A stretch of 64,000 nucleotides of DNA from a virus. The translations under genes and the position numbers were made by a program. Below, piece by piece: positions 56,199 to 64,000 of the stretch. The notes beneath the pieces were generated by a model, which was given only the letters and a program-made list of their open reading frames with translations, had not been told where the DNA came from and did not search any database. How positions within the stretch are numbered: the first letter of the stretch is position 1; every line of letters begins with the position of its first letter. The DNA is taken from the IMG/VR virus record IMGVR_UViG_3300036781_000838, positions 1 through 64,000 of that record. The stretch is one strand, 5' to 3'.

Positions 56199-59100
56199 AT
56201 GAATTGCACAACGCTCCCCCACAAAGAATCAAGTTTAAACGCCCGGGAATCACTTTTAAGCAAAAAAGCTATTGATGAAGATGGCCGGATTATATCAGAA
56301 GAGAGATTTCACGACACCGTTGATGAGATAACGACCCAGGCCAGGAAATCCTACCAGGTCGACCGGGGACCTCTTTTTGCCCGCGTTGAAGTTACTCCTT
56401 CATTTGGTGGCAAATATTTCAAAGCAGAACCGAATGAACTTGCTTTTAATGATATTGACGAAGCCCGTAAAAAATTGGCAATCTATGATTCGCAGGAATC
56501 TATTGGATCATTTCGGCAGCCCAGTTCCCGGGACAAAGAAGTGGTTAGTATTGAAGATAAGGTCAACCATTTTCTTTCTTCTATAGGTGTATCCGTTGAA
56601 AAAGTGGATCAATTAACGGATGCAGCAGGAAATAAGCTCGATGCTGTTGCTAAGGCAAGTATGCTAAATAAGATCATCCAGGTTGTTGACGGTAAGGCAG
56701 ATATGACCACCCTGCCGGAAGAAGCAGCTCACTTTTTTGTATCGCTACTAGGGGAGGAAAATGCCTTGTACAAGGCTATGTTCAAAGATATCCCGACGTA
56801 TAGACTTTACAGTGGTGTAGTTCAGCAATATAAAGGTAATAAGTTGTATCGGCGCAGTGATGGTACCCTCAATTTTGATATGATAAAAAAGGAGGCTATT
56901 GGTAAACTGATAGCTGAACATATTCTTGTACAAGGGGTCGGCGACGAATACACAGAATCGATAGCAAAGGCCCAAAAATGGTGGGAGAAAGTGTGGGACT
57001 ATATTACTAAGATATTTGCTCAAAGTAAGGTTAACCCCTTTCAGGAGTCGGCGAAAAGAATCCTGGCAAATCAAGTTCAGGGCCTCAAGAATATCCATGA
57101 GCTGGACTCCACCGATGAGTTTTTACAGGTTGACAATGTTTACAGTCGAATTAAAGCAGACCAACAGCGCATACACCTTGATAATTCTGTAGATCCCCGA
57201 ACAGGAGAGAAACGTCATCAATATACCGTAGATGGCAAAAATGTCAGGGGTTCAGTTACCGAACTGTTGGTAGATAAATGGTATAAAGCCAGGTTCCCTA
57301 CAGACAACAGAACTGAGCGCCAAAAGAACATCGATAGTCTGAAGGCGCAGGAAGGAGATAAGGTCCACGCTGATGCCCAAAATATCATTGAACGCTACAT
57401 CGATGCGAACACCGGTGAACTGCTCACGGTGCCCAGGCCAGTATCCACCATATCAACCAACCAGAGTATTTACACCAAGCTGGAGTCTTATATCGGGGAG
57501 CTTTTAAGGTCTTATCCGGCTGCAACCAAATTTATGGCTGAGGTCCGGATCCATGATGCGAAACGGAATATGCCCGGGAGCATCGATTTGCTGGTGTTAA
57601 CACCAGATGGTGCTGCTGATATTTACGACTGGAAATCACAAGAGGTAGCAAAGGACCAGACTGATTTAAAATGGTTCAAAGAGCCTGCTTACCGGATACA
57701 GTTAGAGGCATACCGTAAAATCCTTACCCAAGAGTATGGTATAACCAGGTTCAACAAGGTCCGGGCGATCCCTATAAAGACAAATTTTATCTACAAAAAA
57801 GAACAGGGCACTTACACTCCCAAAACACTCGCTGATATCGAGGTAGGATCGATCTACCCCGGGCAAATCCCGGAGGATAAGGCATATCTACTACCTGTGG
57901 TCGCCCAGGATGAAAAGACGGGAGATGATAAATTGGATAAATTGATTACCCAGCTAAATACAGTCCTTGAAAAAATATCTCAGCAGCATTTTGACCGGGA
58001 TAAGCGCTATCTGAAGGCGGAGGAACTGAATAAAATCAGGAAGGCGATCCGCGATCTCCAGGTGCGGCAGGATATAGGGACTTTCGTAGAAAACGGCTTG
58101 GCTGAGGTAATGAAATACCAGGACAAGCTGGATAATGATACCGTTACCAAAAGTGATGTGCTTGATTCTATTGATATTCTTTCCGTTTATGCGCAGGCGC
58201 AGTTGCTTTTACGAGAACAACTCAAGAACCTTCGGAAGAAAATTGGTGCCGAAACAGATCCGGTGGCCAAAGGCGAGTTGGAGACACTACAGTCGGATTT
58301 CTTAAAAATGAGCGCCAATAGCAAGGATGTGCTATTTAATATGGAGGAAAAACTGAAAGAAATCGGGGTTCAGATTGCTGAAAAAGAAGGAATATCCAAC
58401 CTGCTGACGGCGGAAAAGAGCATGGACCGGATGAAAACCTTGTTCAGGTCTATTTCTACCCTTCCGACACGCTCTATCCAGACCTTTTATAAACTATTGT
58501 CTACCTCCCAGTCTAAACGAGATTTTCAAATTGACGACCTGAATGAGAAATTGCATCATATAAAGGAGAATGTTGAGAAATGGTCGGCAAGCAAGGGGAT
58601 TAGCAGGGAAAATATGTTTGACGATATTTTGAAAATTAATGCTGATGGTAACTGGACCGGTGACTTCCTGGATAAATTCTCCAAAGATTATTTTGTCACC
58701 AAGAATGAAGCCATTAAAACGGGGGATATCAAGTGGATTTCCGATAACACCACTTTTGACAGGGAACGGTATGAAAAGGACCTGGCCAGTTATAAAGCAG
58801 TGATTGAAACGGTAGCTTATAGCCCCGATCCAGTAAAAAATAAAGAGCGCCAGGATAAGGCGCTGGCTGCGTGGATCAACGCACGGGATGTGGATACATC
58901 CGACTTTGCCAAGCTGAATAAGAAAAACTATTATCTGAAGCCAAAGGAGCAATGGTACAGCAATAAATGGAGCAACCTGCTCAAGGAGGAAAACAAACCC
59001 CTGAAAGAAGCCTTTGACTACTTTCAGTTGCTTAAATCTTTCTCAGATAAGTTGGGGATGATAGATTTTGAAAATGGCTTCATCCCATCAATTCGCCAGG

Positions 59101-60980
59101 ATAAACTGGAGCTGGCTGTATTCGCCGGGCTGAGTAACCTATTTAATAAAAAAGGACTATTTGAGACTTTGAAGGTCGATGCTGACAAAGCCTTTGGAGA
59201 GATCGATCCTATTACCGGGGAATTAGTAAAGAAGATTCCGGTCAATTTCTTGCATGATTTGGGCGTAAAGAAAGCAGATGGTACCATTGACTACTCGCTT
59301 AAATCCAAGGACTTATTCAAGGTTTTCAGTATATGGGGCAATCATATGTATAACTATGAAGCGATGCAGTCCATTAAAGACTCCGCTGAAATTCTCGTTG
59401 CCGTCGAAAGGTCTAAAAAAAGCCTGGTAACCAATGTGTTTGGCAATGTCACCGAGGAGCGCAAAGAAAAAGAGGGCAACCAAACCAATGCGGAGGTCCT
59501 GGAGAATTTTGTCAAATACTATGTCTATGGACAAAAAATTGGCGATAATGCTGATTATGCTATTAAGATAGGGGGTAAGGAATATTCCGCTACAAAAACG
59601 GGTAGAGCAGTGCTCAGCTTCTTATCCCTCAAAACACTGGCGCTAAACGTGCTCTCAGGGACCTCAACATTCGTTGGTGGATCCGGTAACGCCTTTTTCC
59701 AGGCATCTAAGAGAGAACACTTTACTGAAGGGGATTGGGCCAGGGGATTGAGAGATTTTACGAGTCGAGATCCAAAGGCTATGGCAGCTTTAGACTATTT
59801 TGATGTAAACCTGGAGGATGAGAAACAGCACCATTCCAACCAGCTTTCCATCAATGACGCCGTTAAGCATGTCACTTTGGATAAACTGTTTTTTATACAA
59901 AAGAATGGTGATAAAGCGGTACAATACCCAGTGGCGCTTACTATGATGCGTACTCATATGGTCGAAGGTGGTAAAATAGTTGATATCAACGCTTTCGTGA
60001 AAAATAAATATGATTACGAGAATTCCTTTTACTCCCTGCCGACGTCTGAACGAAAAGCGCTACAATCCAAAATAGATACGGAGGTAAAGGAGTTAAAAGC
60101 TACCAGATCGTTGCAAGCCACTGCCGAGGTAAAGGATAAGAAACTGATCATTCCAGGCATTGACCGGAAAAGCCAGGAAGTGTATGACTTCAGAAATAAG
60201 ATCAAAAAGGTCAACAAAAATATTATTGGTAACGCCTCCCATGACGATATCAACCAGATCCGAATTGGGATTTTGGGGCAAGTCTTGATGCAGTTCCGGT
60301 CCTGGATGCCCCAGATGGTCACGGATCGGTTCGGGGATATGTCCTACGATATGGACCTTGAATCATATCAGTACGGCAAAGGGCGTCTTTTCTTGAAGCA
60401 CCTGTTCAGTAGTAAGATATTTCCGCTCATAGGAGAAATGGTTACTGGCTTTGGCGCCAATACTATTACCCGGGCTAAACAGCGGTATGTGGAATTTAAA
60501 GGTCGAATGGCTGCGCAGGGTGAGGAATTCCATATGACAGAGGCCCAGTTTATAGATATGTACCTGGGTAATCTCAGGTCTCAGCTCAGAGAGATGGCGG
60601 TGTTATCGTCCTTCTTAGCGGTCGCATTCTGGGCGAAACCCGGCTCAAGCGACCGGGATAAGTCAGGGATGAGGAAGTTCATCGCCAGGGCCATGGATAA
60701 ATATCAGAACGAATTTAGCTTCTATTATTCGCCTTCAGAGTTCACACAAATGCTAAAAAACCCCATCCCCTTAGTGGGGCTATTGACCGATTTTGAGAAA
60801 TTCGGGACCCAGACTATTGGGCAAATCTATGGATTTGCGCTACAGGATGACGTCATCATGGAAAAAAATCACCCTTTCAAGTACTTGGGTAAAATAATGC
60901 CTATCACCAAAGAGGCAATCAGTACCTATGGACTTTTTGATGACGATTTTCGGAAAAGTTGGGGCTTGCAGAATAGGTAA
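56199..60980 (+). CDS. large virion cargo protein with degenerate zincin-like and PD-(D/E)XK nuclease domains
   Basis: 'TLPEEAAHF...KEAIGK'; 'GDKVH...EVRI...GSIDLL...IYDWKS...QLEAY'; C-terminal 'MQFRSW' and a hydrophobic segment. Confidence 0.75.
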   Translation: MNCTTLPHKESSLNARESLLSKKAIDEDGRIISEERFHDTVDEITTQARKSYQVDRGPLFARVEVTPSFGGKYFKAEPNELAFNDIDEARKKLAIYDSQESIGSFRQPSSRDKEVVSIEDKVNHFLSSIGVSVEKVDQLTDAAGNKLDAVAKASMLNKIIQVVDGKADMTTLPEEAAHFFVSLLGEENALYKAMFKDIPTYRLYSGVVQQYKGNKLYRRSDGTLNFDMIKKEAIGKLIAEHILVQGVGDEYTESIAKAQKWWEKVWDYITKIFAQSKVNPFQESAKRILANQVQGLKNIHELDSTDEFLQVDNVYSRIKADQQRIHLDNSVDPRTGEKRHQYTVDGKNVRGSVTELLVDKWYKARFPTDNRTERQKNIDSLKAQEGDKVHADAQNIIERYIDANTGELLTVPRPVSTISTNQSIYTKLESYIGELLRSYPAATKFMAEVRIHDAKRNMPGSIDLLVLTPDGAADIYDWKSQEVAKDQTDLKWFKEPAYRIQLEAYRKILTQEYGITRFNKVRAIPIKTNFIYKKEQGTYTPKTLADIEVGSIYPGQIPEDKAYLLPVVAQDEKTGDDKLDKLITQLNTVLEKISQQHFDRDKRYLKAEELNKIRKAIRDLQVRQDIGTFVENGLAEVMKYQDKLDNDTVTKSDVLDSIDILSVYAQAQLLLREQLKNLRKKIGAETDPVAKGELETLQSDFLKMSANSKDVLFNMEEKLKEIGVQIAEKEGISNLLTAEKSMDRMKTLFRSISTLPTRSIQTFYKLLSTSQSKRDFQIDDLNEKLHHIKENVEKWSASKGISRENMFDDILKINADGNWTGDFLDKFSKDYFVTKNEAIKTGDIKWISDNTTFDRERYEKDLASYKAVIETVAYSPDPVKNKERQDKALAAWINARDVDTSDFAKLNKKNYYLKPKEQWYSNKWSNLLKEENKPLKEAFDYFQLLKSFSDKLGMIDFENGFIPSIRQDKLELAVFAGLSNLFNKKGLFETLKVDADKAFGEIDPITGELVKKIPVNFLHDLGVKKADGTIDYSLKSKDLFKVFSIWGNHMYNYEAMQSIKDSAEILVAVERSKKSLVTNVFGNVTEERKEKEGNQTNAEVLENFVKYYVYGQKIGDNADYAIKIGGKEYSATKTGRAVLSFLSLKTLALNVLSGTSTFVGGSGNAFFQASKREHFTEGDWARGLRDFTSRDPKAMAALDYFDVNLEDEKQHHSNQLSINDAVKHVTLDKLFFIQKNGDKAVQYPVALTMMRTHMVEGGKIVDINAFVKNKYDYENSFYSLPTSERKALQSKIDTEVKELKATRSLQATAEVKDKKLIIPGIDRKSQEVYDFRNKIKKVNKNIIGNASHDDINQIRIGILGQVLMQFRSWMPQMVTDRFGDMSYDMDLESYQYGKGRLFLKHLFSSKIFPLIGEMVTGFGANTITRAKQRYVEFKGRMAAQGEEFHMTEAQFIDMYLGNLRSQLREMAVLSSFLAVAFWAKPGSSDRDKSGMRKFIARAMDKYQNEFSFYYSPSEFTQMLKNPIPLVGLLTDFEKFGTQTIGQIYGFALQDDVIMEKNHPFKYLGKIMPITKEAISTYGLFDDDFRKSWGLQNR

Positions 60981-61090
60981 AATCGGTTAAGAGGGAATAC
61001 GAGCTGGCTTATAAAAAAATAAATTACCTTTAAAGATCGACTCGGCACCTGATCAATATAATGGCGAAGAACATTATATAAATTATTAAC

Positions 61091-62053
61091 ATGCGAATAA
61101 CGGGAATTCAACTAAAGAACTTCAAACGATTTACAGATTTGACTATTGGTGCAATCCCTGAAAAAACTAAACTAGTTTTATTGATCGGGGCAAATGGTTC
61201 TGGGAAGTCCTCTATATTTGATGCGTTCGACAACATTACGAAGAGCTGTGTTGGTACCCTCGCTGATAATAGCGAGTATTATTCAAAAAACAATCAAGAA
61301 TATTCGATTGCAATTTCATTTGATGATGGCAGCACTCTCCGAACTGACTATATAGATAAAGAATGCGCGAAGAAAATAGAAAACTTTATAGGAAGAAGTA
61401 GCATCAGAATTGTTCCAAAAATTACTGATGCGGGTGATCTAGACACGATAAAATATGATTCAGACGCTCCGGCTACCTTTAGCGACGCTGACACTCGATT
61501 TGATAACGATCTCTTAATGTTCATACAACAGATAGATAACGCCTTACGAGCGCCTGTCTTTTCTGGAGAATCAGCTGATACTTTTAAAATTTTTACGGAA
61601 TTCATTCGCCCCTTGAACGTTTCGCTGCTTAATATTTTTGGGAACAACCTTTTGACCACTATTCAATTGATCGAATTCCGAAGTCCTACCATCCAATCGA
61701 AGGCTAAACTAATTTTTCTAAAAGGGGAATCCAAAATAAATTATGACCTTTTAAGTTATGGGGAAAAGCAGGTTATCATATTATTACTGAATTTTATAGT
61801 TCGTAAAGAACAGTATCAGGATGCAGTAATTTATATTGATGATATGGATTGTAATATAAATACTGTATTGCAATTCAGATTGTTCAATGAAATAATCAGC
61901 AGTTGGATCCCTGACACCTCCCAGCTATGGACAGCTTCACATGCTTCTGGTTTTATTGAGTTTGCCCTCCAGGAGGACGACGCTGTTATACTAGACCTGG
62001 GTCTTTTGAACTTTGACGAGTCACAGATAATTCTTCCAAGACCAAAATTCTGA
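61091..62053 (+). CDS. ABC/AAA-type ATPase (OLD/AbiEii-like N-terminal domain), possibly truncated
   Basis: 'LKNFKRF', Walker A GANGSGKS, signature LSYGEKQ, Walker B YIDDMD, H-loop TASH. Confidence 0.8.
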   Translation: MRITGIQLKNFKRFTDLTIGAIPEKTKLVLLIGANGSGKSSIFDAFDNITKSCVGTLADNSEYYSKNNQEYSIAISFDDGSTLRTDYIDKECAKKIENFIGRSSIRIVPKITDAGDLDTIKYDSDAPATFSDADTRFDNDLLMFIQQIDNALRAPVFSGESADTFKIFTEFIRPLNVSLLNIFGNNLLTTIQLIEFRSPTIQSKAKLIFLKGESKINYDLLSYGEKQVIILLLNFIVRKEQYQDAVIYIDDMDCNINTVLQFRLFNEIISSWIPDTSQLWTASHASGFIEFALQEDDAVILDLGLLNFDESQIILPRPKF

Positions 62054-62103
62054 AAGATAATTTTCAAAGTAGTTAAGGATTACAAAACAGATGGGCAGCT
62101 ACT

Positions 62104-62712
62104 CTAATAATATTTAGCCAATTCCATGCATTCTTTTTCCGCCCAACACATCCGGATGGGCACATATTCCTTCCATCTTTTTTTTAAAAGTCGCATTTGT
62201 TTAAGGTTATGATCATCGATTAGATCCCATATATCAAACCAGACAGCATCAAAGTTGGGGGTTGGGACACAAGAAAAAGCGTCTCCTTGAAATACCTGAA
62301 CTTTTGATGACAAATTTTGATAATAACTGCCGCTGAGCTGAATAACTTCCGAGGCTATTTCAACCACGGTAATATGCTCTACTTCCCTTTTATCAATCAA
62401 CGCTTGTACAATCATACCCAATCCCAGCCCAAAAATCAGAACACGCCCGTGTGCTTTTTCTATGAAAGGCATGTGGTCAATTATTTCTGCCGGTGTATTG
62501 CTCATAACCGGGTAGCCACTTGGATAACCTTTTCTCAAATATTCCTTTTTGTGACAAAGGAGGTATTTATATTCACCTGGTACAATATATCGTTCTAAAC
62601 CACCCATTTGGTTTAGATTATGCTGGGCGGCCCCTTCTATTGTTACGACAAATGTTTTTATCTCCCAGTCTCCGATTCTGCCGTCCGGCACAGCGATGTT
62701 TATCTGTTTCAT
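62104..62712 (-). CDS. class I SAM-dependent methyltransferase (spermidine synthase-like)
   Basis: 'VMSNTPAE', 'VLIFGLGLG', 'TVVEI', 'GDAF', 'FDAVWFDIW'. Confidence 0.8.
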   Translation of the reverse strand: MKQINIAVPDGRIGDWEIKTFVVTIEGAAQHNLNQMGGLERYIVPGEYKYLLCHKKEYLRKGYPSGYPVMSNTPAEIIDHMPFIEKAHGRVLIFGLGLGMIVQALIDKREVEHITVVEIASEVIQLSGSYYQNLSSKVQVFQGDAFSCVPTPNFDAVWFDIWDLIDDHNLKQMRLLKKRWKEYVPIRMCWAEKECMELAKYY

Positions 62713-62739
62713 AATGGTGTTTTTGAGCTAAATGGGTCA

Positions 62740-62770
62740 CTAATTTAAGGTATTAGTTTACTCAAACAAA
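62740..62770 (-). promoter_or_regulatory. host-type Bacteroidota promoter for the methyltransferase
   Basis: On the minus strand TTTG-N19-TAAATTAG. Confidence 0.45.
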
Positions 62771-62875
62771 TATTCTGAACCAACCGGATAAATAATTGGA
62801 TAAAATCGAGCGTTAGGTGGATAGAAAGGCCAATTGAGTCTCCTGAAGATATATGAAGTGGAGATCAAAGCGAAG

Positions 62876-62911
62876 AAAAAAAGGAAAGGAAGCCTGGACT
62901 CCCTTTCCTTT
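62876..62911 (-). terminator. intrinsic terminator downstream of the ligase
   Basis: AAAGGAAAGGAAG...CTCCCTTTCCTTT stem preceded by an A-run, which is the U-tract on the minus strand. Confidence 0.7.
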
Positions 62912-62938
62912 CTACTAATAATATACAAAGCAATAATC

Positions 62939-64000
62939 TTATTCTTTGTCTCTTAAAGCTTTACCAGTCGGCAAATTTGGGATATCATATTTAGTATATC
63001 CAAAATGCTTTACGGTCAGAAGTCTGCCCTCTGTTTTCCCGGCCTGTATCTCTTCGTAAATCTTCTGTTTACTTTCACGACTGCCGGACATCTTTACATC
63101 GAAACTCCCTCCAGGGCACTGGCAAGTGAATATTAAATCTTCCACCCCGCGCTGACCCAGCTTGTATCCGGTGATCTCAAATTCAGTATCATCGAATTCT
63201 TTGACCTTGCGCCAGTAGCTGCTGCGTTGTCCCTGTTGGTAAAGTCCATTGGGGTCTTTGAGCATAGCTCCTTCATATCCGAACTGAACCCATATATCAT
63301 GGTGTCGCTTTACGTCGGCATCACTGTTAACTACAACGCCGTCCACGGCCGAGACGAAATTGCTATCGATCAGGCTGACAATTCTGGCAGTTTCTGCACT
63401 CCGCTCGGTCTGGCTACCTGTGTGTAAAGGCAGATCATACATCCTGAATTCCAGTGTCACGGTCTCAGCCCTCAGTTTTTTGACAGCTTCATTGATTTCT
63501 TCCAATGTCATGCCGTGGCGATAGATCTCTCCATCGAGAACTATCGGATACTGGTCTATTGTCCACCTACTTGCCCTCAATGCTGCCAAGACCTCCAGCT
63601 TAATATGGAATAATGATGTATATTCTTTGCCCGAGCTAGATAAAAACTGCATGTTACCCCAATCCTCGGGGATGACCAGAGTGGCTCTCACCCCATCGAA
63701 CTTGGTTTCAAGTCGTTGTGGATAGGAAATCTTTTGACCCAATTTCCAAGGTACCGTTGGCGCCTTCATCGGCTTAACATTGCCACTGGCGTCACTGTTG
63801 AATTTGGGTACGGCTTCCTCCAGCACCTTTTCCAAGGATCGTACCGTTTTACCATCGTTTACGGTTATGTAGCCTAATCCGACCGATTTAATTCCTAAGC
63901 CAGCAAGATCCTTATACCCTTCATCACGCTTTTTATTCCAATCGGATCGCGCCTGCAGTTCGGCTTGTTGGTAGGAGGTAGTTTCGTTTGCTTTACCGAT
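62939..64000 (-). CDS. ATP-dependent DNA ligase (5' partial; frame open to the window edge)
   Basis: Motif I 'ETKFDGVR', 'LDGEIY', 'GYEGAMLK', 'KVK', OB domain; manual translation upstream of 63835 has no stop and reads 'IGKANETTSYQQAELQARSDWNKKRDEGY'. Confidence 0.92.
   Translation of the reverse strand: MGKANETTSYQQAELQARSDWNKKRDEGYKDLAGLGIKSVGLGYITVNDGKTVRSLEKVLEEAVPKFNSDASGNVKPMKAPTVPWKLGQKISYPQRLETKFDGVRATLVIPEDWGNMQFLSSSGKEYTSLFHIKLEVLAALRASRWTIDQYPIVLDGEIYRHGMTLEEINEAVKKLRAETVTLEFRMYDLPLHTGSQTERSAETARIVSLIDSNFVSAVDGVVVNSDADVKRHHDIWVQFGYEGAMLKDPNGLYQQGQRSSYWRKVKEFDDTEFEITGYKLGQRGVEDLIFTCQCPGGSFDVKMSGSRESKQKIYEEIQAGKTEGRLLTVKHFGYTKYDIPNLPTGKALRDKE

Larger units (their letters stand above)
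1213..64000. mobile_element. crAss-like (Crassvirales-type) phage or prophage region: complete structural and virion-RNAP module plus the start of the replication module; boundaries uncertain
   Basis: Gene order TerL-portal-scaffold-MCP-ring/aux-fibres-IHF-ring-ring-muzzle-cargo-giant RNAP with GSDFDIDK, converging on a minus-strand DNA ligase. Confidence 0.92.

Noticed and set aside
63833-63835. TTG start for the ligase given by the ORF track
   Set aside because: The frame stays open to 64000 and encodes a ligase-associated N-terminal motif, so the true start lies outside the window
1-64000. Stop-codon reassignment (TAG or TGA), known in some crAss-like phages
   Set aside because: Code 11 gives full-length dense ORFs up to 4522 aa, and TAG and TGA act as real stops (e.g. 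14541, 21996, 9130, 30234)

Overview
Nearly the whole window is the virion half of a crAss-like (Crassvirales-type) Bacteroidota phage, read in the standard genetic code. On the + strand, in crAss-like order, are: IHF-like and PD-(D/E)XK genes, terminase, portal, a scaffold-like gene, major capsid protein, ring/auxiliary-capsid/hub genes, a Cys-rich FN3 fibre cluster with a holin-like gene, a second IHF-like gene, two ring/tube genes, the muzzle (tail stabiliser), cargo/ejection proteins (one with a GH24 lysozyme), a 4522-aa virion RNA polymerase polyprotein (DFDID catalytic motif) and a 1593-aa PD-(D/E)XK-containing cargo protein. At the right edge the strand flips into the replication module (ATP-dependent DNA ligase, open to the edge). 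At the left edge is a typical Bacteroidota ECF sigma gene, and several opposite-strand moron-like genes interrupt the core. Both suggest, but do not prove, an integrated or temperate crAss-like prophage; no integrase or att site is visible. The most notable sequence-level signals are: a recurring variant promoter (TTTG-N20/21-TAnnTTAT) that also precedes a glycosyltransferase; repeated x-[Q/K]-x-G-G motifs punctuating the cargo proteins; two complementary degenerate zincin motifs; glycine-zipper membrane segments in the muzzle; and a CCTATG start context. All family assignments come from motif and synteny recognition, not database searches.
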